Of a stretch of DNA of 64,000 bases, positions 43,762 to 53,409 are shown piece after piece. Each line of letters opens with the position of its first letter. The stretch's first letter is position 1. This DNA is from an uncultured Clostridia bacterium (GTDB lineage: Bacteria; Bacillota; Clostridia; Christensenellales; Aristaeellaceae): contig CAKTWP010000002.1 of the NCBI GenBank assembly GCA_934630705.1, positions 100,195-164,194 on the forward strand, read 5' to 3'. A program made the position numbers and the translations under genes. A model generated the notes under the pieces. The model saw only the letters and a list, made by a program, of their open reading frames with translations. It had not been told where the DNA came from and searched no databases.

Positions 43762-46569
43762 ATGGAAGATCAGATTATTGTGCGCGGGGCGCGGGAGCAT
43801 AACCTGAAAAACGTGGATATCACCATTCCGCGGAACAAGCTGGTGGTGTTTACGGGGCTGTCGGGCTCGGGAAAATCCTCGCTGGCGTTTGACACGATTT
43901 ACGCTGAGGGCCAGCGGCGATATGTGGAGAGCATGAGCAGCTACGCCCGGCAGTTCCTGGGCCAAATGGATAAGCCCGATGTGGACAGCATCGAGGGCCT
44001 GTCTCCCGCCATCTCCATCGACCAGAAAACCACCGCCCGCAATCCCCGGTCCACCGTGGGCACCGTGACGGAAATTTACGATTATATGCGCCTGATGTAT
44101 GCCCGGGTGGGCACGCCCCATTGCCCCAAATGCGGCAAGGAAATCAAGCAGCAGACCGTGGACCAGATGACCGACGCCATGATGGCCCTGCCTGAGGGCA
44201 CCAAGCTTCAGCTGATGGCCCCGGTGGTGCGCGCCCGGAAGGGCGAGCATGTGAAGCTGCTGGAGGACGCCCGAAAGGCCGGGTTTGTCCGCGTGCGCAT
44301 TGATGGGGACATGTATGAGCTGGACGATGTGCCCGCGCTGGACAAACAGAAAAAGCACCAGATCGATATTGTGGTAGACCGGCTGGTGGTGCGCCCGGGT
44401 ATTCAGCAGCGTCTGGCCGACAGCCTGGAAACCGCCATGCGGGAATCCGGCGGCCTGGCCGCGGCCCAGGTCGTGCCCGACGGCGACGAAATGCTCTTTT
44501 CTCAGAACTACGCCTGCCCGGACTGCGGCGTGAATATCGAAGAGCTGGCCCCCCGGATGTTCTCTTTCAATAATCCCTATGGCGCATGCCCCGTATGCAG
44601 CGGCCTGGGCGTGCTGCAAAAGGTCAGCGAGGAGCTGGTGGTGCCCGATCCTGGCAAATCCCTGAATCAGGGGGCTGTGGACTGCATGGGGTGGAACAGC
44701 GGCGAGAGCAATTCCACCGCCCATATGATGTTTCAGGCGCTGGCGGATTTCTTCGGCTTCTCCATGGATGCCCCCTTCCGGGAGCTGCCTGAGGATGTGC
44801 GCAAAAAAATCTTCTATGGCACCGGCAGCCAGAAAATCAAAATCAAAATGGAAACCGGCTATTATCAGACCACCTATGAGGGCGTGATTCCCTCTCTGGA
44901 ACGGCGATACCGGGAGACCCAGAGCGAGGGAATGAAGGCTGCCTACGAGGAGTATATGGCGGAGGAAACCTGCCCGGCCTGCCATGGGCTGCGGCTGAAG
45001 CCCGAATCTCTGGCGGTGACGGTGGGGGAGAAGAACATCGCCCAGGTCTGCGCGATGAATATCCGCAAAGCCCGGGTGTTTTTCGACGGGCTCACCTTTT
45101 CCGAAAAGAACGGCATGATCGCCGCGCCCATCCTGCGGGAGATTGACGCGCGGCTGGGCTTTCTGTGCGATGTGGGGCTGGATTACCTGACCTTGTCCCG
45201 GGCCGCGGCCACGCTGTCGGGCGGCGAGGCCCAGCGTATCCGTCTGGCCACCCAGATCGGCAGCGGGCTGATGGGCGTGCTGTATATTCTGGATGAGCCC
45301 TCCATCGGCCTGCATCAGCGGGATAACGCCCGGCTGCTGGCCACCATGCGCCATCTGCGGGAGCTGGGGAACACCCTGATCGTGGTGGAGCACGATGAGG
45401 AAACCCTGCGCAGCGCGGATTATCTGGTGGATATTGGCCCCGGAGCCGGGGAGCACGGCGGCCATGTGGTGGCCCAGGGCACGGTGCAGGATATTATCAA
45501 CACCCCCGAATCCATCACCGGCCAGTATCTGTCCGGCCGCAAACGCATCGCCGTGCCCGCATCCCGGCGCGTGCCCCAGGGCTGGCTGACGGTTCACGGC
45601 GCGCGGGAGCATAACCTCAAAAACATTGACGTGCGGTTCCCACTGGGGGTGCTCTGCTGCGTCACAGGCGTGTCCGGCAGCGGGAAAAGCAGCCTGGTCA
45701 ACACCATTCTGTATGGCGCGCTGGCCCACGATCTGAACCGCGCCCGGGCCCGCAAGGCGGATTTTGACAGCCTGGAGGGCGAGGAACAGCTGGATAAGAT
45801 CATCAATATTGACCAGTCGCCGATCGGCCGGTCGCCCCGGTCCAATCCCGCCACGTATACCGGACTGTTTGATCTGATCCGCCGGGTGTTTGCCCAGCTT
45901 CCGGAGGCCAAGATTCGTGGCTATAAGGAAAACCGGTTCTCCTTCAATGTGAAGGGCGGCCGTTGCGAGGCCTGCTCCGGCGACGGGCTGCTGAAAATTG
46001 AAATGCATTTCATGGCGGATATTTATGTGCCCTGCGAGGTCTGCCATGGGAAGCGCTATAACCGGGAAACGCTGGAGGTGAAGTATCGGGGGCTGTCCAT
46101 TGCGGATGTGCTGGATCTGACGGTGGAGGAGGCCATGGATGTGTTTCAGGCCCATCCATCCATCATGACCAAGCTGCAAACCCTCTATGACGTGGGCCTG
46201 GGCTATATGCATCTGGGCCAGCCCAGCACCACCCTGTCCGGCGGCGAAGCCCAGCGGGTGAAGCTGGCTACGGAGCTGAGCCGCCGGGCTACCGGCAAAA
46301 CCATCATCCTTCTGGACGAGCCTACCACCGGTTTGCATATGGACGATGTGAACCGGCTGGTGCAGGTGCTGCAGCGGCTTACCGATGCGGGAAATACCGT
46401 GCTGGTGATCGAACATAATCTGGATATGATTAAAACTGCCGATTATCTGATTGATCTGGGGCCGGAGGGCGGCGACGGCGGCGGCCAGATCGTGGCCCAG
46501 GGCACGCCCGAGCAGGTGGCCCAGGTGAAAAAGAGCTACACGGGCCAGTTCCTGCGGGAGATTCTTTGA
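43762..46569 (+). CDS. uvrA: Excinuclease ABC subunit A
   Basis: 935 aa. Two ABC modules ([24 protein letters not shown]) and zinc fingers ([20 protein letters not shown]). RBS ccggagg. Confidence 0.9.
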   Translation: MEDQIIVRGAREHNLKNVDITIPRNKLVVFTGLSGSGKSSLAFDTIYAEGQRRYVESMSSYARQFLGQMDKPDVDSIEGLSPAISIDQKTTARNPRSTVGTVTEIYDYMRLMYARVGTPHCPKCGKEIKQQTVDQMTDAMMALPEGTKLQLMAPVVRARKGEHVKLLEDARKAGFVRVRIDGDMYELDDVPALDKQKKHQIDIVVDRLVVRPGIQQRLADSLETAMRESGGLAAAQVVPDGDEMLFSQNYACPDCGVNIEELAPRMFSFNNPYGACPVCSGLGVLQKVSEELVVPDPGKSLNQGAVDCMGWNSGESNSTAHMMFQALADFFGFSMDAPFRELPEDVRKKIFYGTGSQKIKIKMETGYYQTTYEGVIPSLERRYRETQSEGMKAAYEEYMAEETCPACHGLRLKPESLAVTVGEKNIAQVCAMNIRKARVFFDGLTFSEKNGMIAAPILREIDARLGFLCDVGLDYLTLSRAAATLSGGEAQRIRLATQIGSGLMGVLYILDEPSIGLHQRDNARLLATMRHLRELGNTLIVVEHDEETLRSADYLVDIGPGAGEHGGHVVAQGTVQDIINTPESITGQYLSGRKRIAVPASRRVPQGWLTVHGAREHNLKNIDVRFPLGVLCCVTGVSGSGKSSLVNTILYGALAHDLNRARARKADFDSLEGEEQLDKIINIDQSPIGRSPRSNPATYTGLFDLIRRVFAQLPEAKIRGYKENRFSFNVKGGRCEACSGDGLLKIEMHFMADIYVPCEVCHGKRYNRETLEVKYRGLSIADVLDLTVEEAMDVFQAHPSIMTKLQTLYDVGLGYMHLGQPSTTLSGGEAQRVKLATELSRRATGKTIILLDEPTTGLHMDDVNRLVQVLQRLTDAGNTVLVIEHNLDMIKTADYLIDLGPEGGDGGGQIVAQGTPEQVAQVKKSYTGQFLREIL

Positions 46570-46580
46570 GCAGTGCATGC

Positions 46581-46623
46581 GCGGCGTTTCGGATGCTCCT
46601 TCATCCGGGACGCCGCGTTTTTG
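46581..46623 (+). terminator. Intrinsic terminator of uvrA
   Basis: gcggcgtttcgg...ccgggacgccgc hairpin followed by gtttttg. Confidence 0.55.
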
Positions 46624-46797
46624 CATCATTCCTTCTGGAACTTCTGGGAAAGAAATCTTAAGTCAAGGCGATGCTGGACCTATCTTGAAAAGGGACAGAA
46701 AAGGAGCGCAATATGCGCTTCAGCGTGTCAAAACGTTTTTGGGCACGCAAAAAAGGAACGCAATGATGCGCTCCCTTACGGCACTGCCGAATTGAAA

Positions 46798-46827
46798 GGG
46801 CCTTTCTTTCTTCCGAAAGAAAGGCCC
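46798..46827. terminator. Hairpin (likely rny 3' terminator)
   Basis: gggcctttctttc-ttccg-aaagaaaggccc perfect stem, 20 nt beyond the rny stop. Confidence 0.4.
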
Positions 46828-46846
46828 TCTCGCTTACATGCTTCGC

Positions 46847-48412
46847 TTACTTGGCGTATTCCGTGCTCCGGGTTTCGCGGATCACGTTCACACGGATCTG
46901 GCCGGGATACTCCATTTCCTTTTCGATGCGCTTGGCGATTTCCTTGGCCAGCACCTTGGTGCCCTCATCGGTAACGTCGTCAGGCTTGACCATGATGCGC
47001 ACCTCGCGGCCGCTCTGGATGGCATAGCACTTTTCCACGCCGTCGAAGGAATTGGCGATTTCCTCCAGCTTGGTAAGCCGCTTGATGTAATTCTCCAGGG
47101 ATTCGCGGCGGGCGCCGGGCCGGGCGGCGCTGATGGCGTCTGCGGCCTGCACCAGCACGGCTTCCACCGTCTGGGGCTCCACATCGTTGTGATGGGCCAG
47201 AATGGCGTGGATCACATCGGGGCTCTCATGATACTTCCGGGCAAGCTCGCCGCCCAGAGACACGTGGGTGCCCTCCTGCTCATGGTCCACCGCCTTGCCG
47301 ATATCATGCAGCAGGCCCGCGCGCTTGGCCAGGGCCACATCCGCGCCCAGCTCCGCAGCCATCAGGCCGGCCAGATGGCTCACCTCGATGGAATGCTTAA
47401 GCACGTTCTGGCCATAGCTGGTGCGATACCGCATCCGGCCCAGCAGCTTCACCAGCTCCGGATGGATGCCGTGCTGGCCGGTTTCAAACACGGCCTGCTC
47501 TCCGGCTTCGCGGATCTGGTTATCCACTTCCTTCTTGGCTTTCTCCACGCATTCCTCAATCCGGGCGGGATGGATACGGCCGTCCATGATCAGCTTTTCA
47601 ATGGCCAGGCGGGCCACTTCCCGGCGCACCGGATCAAAGGCGGAAACGATCACGGCTTCGGGGGTGTCATCGATAATCAGATCCACGCCGGTGGCGGTTT
47701 CCAGGGCGCGGATATTGCGGCCCTCGCGGCCAATGATGCGGCCCTTCATATCGTCGTTGGGCAGGTTAATCACGGACACGGTGGTTTCCGCCACATGATC
47801 CGCAGCGCATTTCTGAATGGCCAGGGCGATGATGTTCCGGGCCTTCTTTTCACCCTCCTCCTTGGCGCGGCTTTCGATTTCCCGCACCGTAGCGGCGGCG
47901 TCATGGAAGGCTTCCTTCTGCACCCGATCGATCACCATTTGACGGGCTTCGTCCTGGGTCATGGTGGCGATGCGCTCCAGCTCGGTGATCTGCTTTTGCT
48001 TGATTTCTTCCGCTTCGTCTTCCAGCTTCTGCGCGTTTTCAAATTTCTGGTTCAGGGCTTCCTCCCGTTCCGAGAGGCCGTCCCGCTTCTTTTCCAGCTG
48101 TTCTTCCCGCTTATCCAGGGTTTCCTCCCGCTGGATCATGCGGCGCTCGGAGCGCTGGATTTCCGCCCGGCGGGTGCGGATTTCTTTATCCAGCTCGGTT
48201 TTGAGATGCAGGATTTCCTCCTTGGCCTCCAGCAGCATTTCTTTTTTCTTGTCGTCTGCCTTGCGGGTTGCATCGTCCAGGAGCTTTTTCGCGTATTCTT
48301 CCGTGCGGCCGATTTTCTTTTCCGCCACGTTTTTGCGATACAGGAAGCCACCGTATCCGCCGGCCGCGCCGGCGATCAGGGCTGCCAGAATAATCCATAG
48401 GGCAGTTGGCAT
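46847..48412 (-). CDS. rny: Ribonuclease Y
   Basis: 521 aa. N-terminal TM helix ([23 protein letters not shown]), long coiled-coil, KH domain, HD domain ([17 protein letters not shown]...HDIGK). RBS aaaggagga. Confidence 0.9.
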   Translation of the reverse strand: MPTALWIILAALIAGAAGGYGGFLYRKNVAEKKIGRTEEYAKKLLDDATRKADDKKKEMLLEAKEEILHLKTELDKEIRTRRAEIQRSERRMIQREETLDKREEQLEKKRDGLSEREEALNQKFENAQKLEDEAEEIKQKQITELERIATMTQDEARQMVIDRVQKEAFHDAAATVREIESRAKEEGEKKARNIIALAIQKCAADHVAETTVSVINLPNDDMKGRIIGREGRNIRALETATGVDLIIDDTPEAVIVSAFDPVRREVARLAIEKLIMDGRIHPARIEECVEKAKKEVDNQIREAGEQAVFETGQHGIHPELVKLLGRMRYRTSYGQNVLKHSIEVSHLAGLMAAELGADVALAKRAGLLHDIGKAVDHEQEGTHVSLGGELARKYHESPDVIHAILAHHNDVEPQTVEAVLVQAADAISAARPGARRESLENYIKRLTKLEEIANSFDGVEKCYAIQSGREVRIMVKPDDVTDEGTKVLAKEIAKRIEKEMEYPGQIRVNVIRETRSTEYAK

Positions 48413-48488
48413 GGCAATACTCCTCCTTTCGGTTTCCGATTTTTCCATGATTTTATGTTCGCAAGTTTATCAGTTGAAATACCGCACG

Positions 48489-48750
48489 AAAAAAAGGCCG
48501 TTTTTTCGCACGGCAAAGCTGATTTTCTGATACCGCGTGCTGCCAGCACGCAAGCTTACACACAACTCAAACACACTCTCGCCCGCCGGCCGCGCCGGAA
48601 GCGCCATATGCTAAAGCGGCAAACGCCTGCATAGAAAAAATCTCTGGGAACCACCACTGTATCCGAAAACAGCTTGCCTGCTGCGCCGAAACGCAGGCAG
48701 ACTTTTTAGCCGATCATATCTATTGTACACAGATTCGCCTTTTCTGTCAA
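48489..48750 (-). ncRNA. Candidate small RNA or attenuating leader upstream of rny: promoter (TTGACA-17-TACAAT at 48722-48750) followed ~220 nt later by an intrinsic terminator (48489-48514)
   Basis: On the - strand, cTTGACAgaaaaggcgaatctgtgTACAATa, then structured RNA, then gccgtgcgaaaaaacggc plus ctttttttcg. The terminator ends ~77 nt upstream of the rny ATG. No ORF is supported in between. Confidence 0.35.
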
Positions 48751-48860
48751 GGCTAAAAGCTGGCCAAATGGCATAAAGAAGCAACAAAAAATTACTGCAA
48801 AATGGAAAGAAATGGGCGCAGATTGGACAGAAATCGGGGGTTTCAAAGGGCAAAAAATCG

Positions 48861-49075
48861 TGTATAATATCAGTGTGTGTCATGAAGCCGCAAGCCTGCG
48901 TGGCGGGAAATCCGTCATAAGGGGGAGGGGCGGCACGGCAAAAAAGCTCCCTTGAGGGCAAGGATGCGTCCCGGCCCGAAAGCGAAAGGAGGAAAACAGC
49001 ATGCGGCGTTTTTTGGATGGGGCATGACCGGCTTTTTCGGGCATGCTTATTTTAATGGAAACGGAGGCGCGGCCG
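48861..49075 (+). promoter_or_regulatory. Extended -10 promoter (TGTATAAT) plus a ~200-nt GC-rich leader upstream of the TM1266-like gene; candidate cis-regulatory RNA of unknown class
   Basis: gtgTATAATat then leader cagtgtgtgtcatgaagccgcaagcctgcgtggcgggaaatccgtcataagggggaggggcggcacgg...gcatgcggcgttttttgg...gcatgaccggctttttcgggcatgc. No TPP/SAM/B12 signature was recognised. Confidence 0.3.
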
Positions 49076-49348
49076 ATGGGGGATGAACGGCTGGGATTCG
49101 TGGGCATCGTGATCGAAGATCTTTCGCAGGCTCCCCGGGTGAATCAGGTGGTGGGCCAGTTTCAGGATATGGTCACGGGCCGGATCGGCGTGCCGGACCA
49201 TGAACGGAGCCTGGCGGTGATCGGGCTGCTGGTGCGGGGCGACAGCGCCCGCATCGGCCAGTTTACCGGCAAGCTGGGCAATATTCCGGGGGTGCAGGTA
49301 AAAAGCGCCCTCACCAAATGCGATAGAAAGGAAACGAAAACGGAATGA
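49076..49348 (+). CDS. TM1266-like small ACT-like regulator (annotated in databases as 'putative iron-only hydrogenase system regulator' family)
   Basis: RLGFVGIVIEDLSQAPRVNQVVGQFQDMVTGRIGVPDHERSLAVIGLLVRGDSARIGQFTGKLGNIPGVQVKSAL matches the TIGR03959-type consensus. ATGA overlap with the next gene. Confidence 0.55.
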   Translation: MGDERLGFVGIVIEDLSQAPRVNQVVGQFQDMVTGRIGVPDHERSLAVIGLLVRGDSARIGQFTGKLGNIPGVQVKSALTKCDRKETKTE

Positions 49349-50304
49349 AGAAAATGATGAAGCTACTGGCGGCGCTGCTGCTGGCGATGGGGATTGCCAT
49401 GGTATCCTGCAGCGCGGAGGATACGGCTGCGATGCGCGTGGGCGGGCTCAAGGGCCCCACCGGCATGGCGCTGGCCCACATGATGACGGAAAACACCGGC
49501 GCTTACGAATTTACGCTGGCGGGCGCGCCCGACGAGCTCACCGGCCAGATCATTCAGGGCAATGTGGATGTGGCCGCCGTGCCGGTGAATCTGGGCGCGG
49601 TGCTGTATAATAAGACCCAGGGCGGGGTGCAGGCCCTGTCGCTGATTACCCGGGGCATGCTGTATGTGCTGGAAAAGGGCGATTCCATTCAGTCCGTGGC
49701 CGATCTGCAGGGCAAAACCATTGTCACCGCCGGTCAGGGCGCCACGCCGGAATACGTGATGAATTACATCCTTCAGAGCAATGGTGTGGAAGCCACGCTG
49801 GATTTCAAAAGCGAGCACGCGGAAGTGACCACGCTGGCGCTTAACGGCATGGCGGACGTTGTGCTGGTGCCCGAACCCCATGCCACCACCCTGCGGATGA
49901 AGGACGACAGCTATCGCGTGGCGCTGGACATTACCGAGGAATTTGCCAGGGCAGCCAGCGAGAACGGCTATCCCCAGGCTCAGCTGAGCATGAGCGTGGT
50001 GATCGTGCGCACCGCGTTTGCCCAGGAGCATCCCCAGCAGGTGGCGCAGTTCATGGCGGATCTGGAAGCGTCCATTGCCTTTGCCAATGAGAACGTGGAC
50101 GCGGCGGCGCAGGAAATTGCAGATCAGGGGATCATTGCTTCCGCGGCGGTGGCCAAGCAGGCGCTGCCCTCCTGTCGGCTGGTGTTCGTGGCGGGAGCGG
50201 AGATGCAGGCGCAGGCAACGCCCCTGTATGAGATTCTGTTTGCGGCCAATCCCGCCTCTGTGGGAGGCGCGCTGCCGGACGCGGGTTACTTCTATATGCA
50301 GTAA
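49345..50304 (+). CDS. NMT1/THI5-like (TauA/SsuA-type) ABC transporter substrate-binding lipoprotein; no permease or ATPase gene adjacent
   Basis: Lipoprotein signal MKKMMKLLAALLLAMGIAMVSCS; 319 aa; NMT1-like fold motifs. Confidence 0.6.
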   Translation: MKKMMKLLAALLLAMGIAMVSCSAEDTAAMRVGGLKGPTGMALAHMMTENTGAYEFTLAGAPDELTGQIIQGNVDVAAVPVNLGAVLYNKTQGGVQALSLITRGMLYVLEKGDSIQSVADLQGKTIVTAGQGATPEYVMNYILQSNGVEATLDFKSEHAEVTTLALNGMADVVLVPEPHATTLRMKDDSYRVALDITEEFARAASENGYPQAQLSMSVVIVRTAFAQEHPQQVAQFMADLEASIAFANENVDAAAQEIADQGIIASAAVAKQALPSCRLVFVAGAEMQAQATPLYEILFAANPASVGGALPDAGYFYMQ

Positions 50305-50321
50305 ATGATAAAAAATCTGGC

Positions 50322-50356
50322 GGAAGGGCGTTCCTGGCGATCCGGGAACGCCCTCC
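50322..50356 (+). terminator. Strong hairpin after the binding-protein gene (no U-tract)
   Basis: ggaagggcgttcc-tggcgatccg-ggaacgccctcc. Confidence 0.3.
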
Positions 50357-50612
50357 TGCGTTATCCCAGAAAGCCCGCAGGCGGGATGACGCGTCATGCG
50401 TCGTCCGAAATGTGTCCCTGTCTGCGAAAAAACGAAACGCTGCGTCCGGTTTTTCTGATTTGCCGATGCATATTTTTATGTGACGCTTCTGCGCCGCTTC
50501 ATGCCTGCCGCTGTATTTTTTCAGCAGGAAAAAGCTGCTTTTGAGCGAATTTCTGATACAAACCCGCGCAAATCTGGCATACTAAAGCCGTGCTTGAAAG
50601 GAGCGATGAAGG

Positions 50613-51080
50613 ATGGAACAAATTTCTAACGAAATCAAGAAGGTGCTCAAGGCGGGCATCGGCGCCGTGGCAACCGGCGTGGAAAAAACCCAGGAGGCGA
50701 TTGAAACCCTGGCCAAGAAGGGCGAGCCCCTTTATGAGCAGGCGAAAACGGCGGTTGTGGACGCGGCGGACAAGGTGAAAAAGGCCGTGGCAGACAGCGG
50801 CATCGCGGATGCGTTTTCCTGCCCCTCCCGGGTGGACAGCGTGATTCGGACGCTGCAGCAAATGACCCAGCAGGAGCTGGATCAGGTAACCGCCGCGATT
50901 CAGGATATTTACCCCACCCGTCCCCGGCAGGAAAACGCGGAAAATGCGGATGCCGCCGACAAGCCTGCGGAAAATACCGATGCGTCTGCGGATGAAGCGG
51001 ATACGCCGGACAAGGAAGCGGAGCAACCACAGCAGCCGGACGAACCGGCCGATAATCCGCCGCCCGAGGAGAAGGCTTGA
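50613..51080 (+). CDS. Phasin-like / hypothetical protein with acidic low-complexity C-terminus
   Basis: The N-terminal ~100 aa are alpha-helical (MEQISNEIKKVLKAGIGAVATGVEKTQEAIETLAKKGE...). The C-terminus is a D/E/P/A-rich tail. Confidence 0.45.
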   Translation: MEQISNEIKKVLKAGIGAVATGVEKTQEAIETLAKKGEPLYEQAKTAVVDAADKVKKAVADSGIADAFSCPSRVDSVIRTLQQMTQQELDQVTAAIQDIYPTRPRQENAENADAADKPAENTDASADEADTPDKEAEQPQQPDEPADNPPPEEKA

Positions 51081-51097
51081 AAAAGTATTGAATATTG

Positions 51098-51148
51098 CGG
51101 GGAAACCATTCTTTGAAAGCCCAAAATGGTTTTTCCCGCCCCCCTCCA
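51098..51148 (+). repeat. REP-like hairpin (GGAAACC-ATTCTTTG family member)
   Basis: gcggggaaaccattctttgaaagcccaaaatggtttttcccgcccccc. Confidence 0.5.
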
Positions 51149-51405
51149 AGAAAGACGTATTTAGAGATTGTCGAAAAAGCCCCTATATGCAAAGCGGGAT
51201 GCAATGCAGGGCTGTAAGCTCTTCATCCTGCACGGAGCGTATCTAAAACATCGTTTTCGACATGCGGATGAATGAATGCGCCCCGGATGGAGAAAGGACA
51301 GAAGTCTGTTTCCTTCCTTCATCTGGGGCGCATTATTATTAGGGCGGCTTTTATTTTTTGTTAGGATGCTTTGACCACAAACCATTCGCAATCTTGCCGT
51401 ACTCC

Positions 51406-53409
51406 TCAGTTCATGGCCACTTCGTTCATGACCTGAGCAAAGGCGGCGCGGGCGCTGCGCTGCACCATATCCCATTCCTGTTTAAAGCCGGGAGAACGAA
51501 TCTCCTTGAGGCAGGCGGTGGTTTCCTCCAGCATGCCCACATCGGCCCCCAGCGCCATGCCGGGAAGCAGGGTATCTCCGTGCTGGCGCGTGCCGAGGAA
51601 ATCCCCGGGCCCGCGCATTTCCAAATCCTTTTTTGCAATGAGAAAGCCATCGCCGGTTTCGCACAGCGTTTTCAGCCGCTCGTTGGGCGCGGCCATCAGA
51701 AAACACCAGCTCTCCTTCGCGCCCCGGCCCACGCGTCCCCGCAGCTGATGCAGCTGGGACAGCCCGAACCGATCCGCGTTCTCGATCACCATCACCGTGG
51801 CGGAGGGCACGTTTACGCCCACCTCAATAACCGTGGTGGCCACCAGCACGTCCAGCTGCCCGGCGGAAAACGCATCAATCACCGCGGCCTTTTCCGCAGC
51901 GTCCTGCTCTCCATAGGTCAGCCCCAGGCGTAAATCGGCCAGCGGCCCGGTGCATAGCTCGGCATACATCTCCTGGGCGCTGCGGGCGTCAATCTGCTCG
52001 CTTTCCTCCACCAGTGGGCAGACAATGTACGTCTGCCGCCCTGCCGCGGCTTCCCGGCGAATGAAATCATAGAGCCCGTCCCGCTTTTCCTCAGGCACGA
52101 TTCGGGTTTTCACCGGCGTGCGCCCGGGGGGCAATTCGTCCACTACGGATAAATCCAGATCGCCGTACAGCACCAACGCCAGCGACCGGGGAATGGGCGT
52201 GGCGGACAGCACCAGCTCGTTGGGCGCTTCCGCCGCCTTCAGGGACAGCATCCGCCGCTGCCGCACCCCGAACCGGTGCTGCTCATCGGTGACCACCAGC
52301 CCCAGATGCTGATACTGCACGCCCTCGGAAATCAGCGCATGGGTGCCGATTACCGCCTGCCAGCCGCCGGATGCGATCTGCTCCAGCGCCTCCCGCCGGT
52401 CTTTGGCCTTCATGCCGCCCAGTAAAAGCCCGCAGCGGATGCCCAGCGGCTCCAGCGTTTTCCGGGCGCTTTCCAGATGCTGCCGGGCCAGAATCTCCGT
52501 GGGCGCCATCAGCGCGCTTTGATACCCCGCCCGGGCGGCCAGAAACATGGCTCCGAAGGCCAGCGCCGTTTTTCCGCAGCCCACATCCCCCTGCACCAGC
52601 CGTCCCATGGCCTGCGGCGCGGACAGATCGGCGGCGATTTCGGCCAGCACCCGCTGCTGTGCTCCGGTGGGCGGGAAGGGGAGGGATTGCCAGTAGGCCC
52701 GGCAATCCGCTTCGCCGGCGGGGATGACAACCCCCGCTTTTCGCTCTCCCCGCAGTGCCGCGGCTGCCGCCTGATACAGCAGCATCCCCTCAAAGGAGAT
52801 GCGCCGCAGGGCCAGCACCAGGTTTTCCCTGCTGTCCGGAAAATGGGCCTGACGCAGGGCAAAATTCCGCTCGCACAGCTGATGCCGAAGCCGCAGGGAG
52901 GGGGGCAGCGTTTCGGGGCAGCAGTCCTCCAACTGGGTCAGGGCCTGACGCATCAGCTCCCGCATGGTCTTGGGCGGAATGCCGCCCATGGCCCGGTAAA
53001 CGGGCAGAATGCCCCGCTCCTGCACCCGCTGGGGGGATACCATCCGCACCCGGCCCTGCTTGTCCCGGTCCACCCGGCCATAAAGCGTCAGCTCCTGCTC
53101 CGGGGAAAGCTGGCCTTGCAGCCAGGGCTGATTAAACCAGACCACCGGCAGCGAGCCCGTTTCATCGCACAGCCGCACGGTAACGGAGGTCATTCCCTTG
53201 AACCGGCTGAGCCGGGGCGCGGCCTTGAGATACCCCCGGACGCAGATTTCCCTGCCCGGAACCGCCTCGCTCAGGGACGTGATGGTTTCCGTGTCCTGAT
53301 AGCGAAGGGGCAGGGTTAAAAGCAGGTCGGCCATGGTGTGCACGCCTGCTTTCTCCAGCGCGTCCAGCCGCGCCTTGCCCAGCCCTCGGAGAGCGCTTAA
53401 TTCCATCAT
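51406..53409 (-). CDS. recG: ATP-dependent DNA helicase RecG
   Basis: 667 aa. Wedge domain, helicase motifs (GDVGCGKT, DEQHRFG), C-terminal helicase domain. Confidence 0.9.
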   Translation of the reverse strand: MMELSALRGLGKARLDALEKAGVHTMADLLLTLPLRYQDTETITSLSEAVPGREICVRGYLKAAPRLSRFKGMTSVTVRLCDETGSLPVVWFNQPWLQGQLSPEQELTLYGRVDRDKQGRVRMVSPQRVQERGILPVYRAMGGIPPKTMRELMRQALTQLEDCCPETLPPSLRLRHQLCERNFALRQAHFPDSRENLVLALRRISFEGMLLYQAAAAALRGERKAGVVIPAGEADCRAYWQSLPFPPTGAQQRVLAEIAADLSAPQAMGRLVQGDVGCGKTALAFGAMFLAARAGYQSALMAPTEILARQHLESARKTLEPLGIRCGLLLGGMKAKDRREALEQIASGGWQAVIGTHALISEGVQYQHLGLVVTDEQHRFGVRQRRMLSLKAAEAPNELVLSATPIPRSLALVLYGDLDLSVVDELPPGRTPVKTRIVPEEKRDGLYDFIRREAAAGRQTYIVCPLVEESEQIDARSAQEMYAELCTGPLADLRLGLTYGEQDAAEKAAVIDAFSAGQLDVLVATTVIEVGVNVPSATVMVIENADRFGLSQLHQLRGRVGRGAKESWCFLMAAPNERLKTLCETGDGFLIAKKDLEMRGPGDFLGTRQHGDTLLPGMALGADVGMLEETTACLKEIRSPGFKQEWDMVQRSARAAFAQVMNEVAMN

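Noticed and set aside
48611-48961. 116-aa ORF on the - strand in the rny upstream region.
   Set aside because: It has no RBS and a Cys/Phe/Pro-rich implausible sequence. It overlaps the promoter and terminator signals assigned to the candidate sRNA/leader.
49345-50304. TPP riboswitch upstream of the NMT1/THI5-like binding protein.
   Set aside because: No CUGAGA / ACCUGAUCUGGAUAAUGCCAGCG-like signature in the leader. The leader precedes the TM1266-like gene and is left as unclassified.
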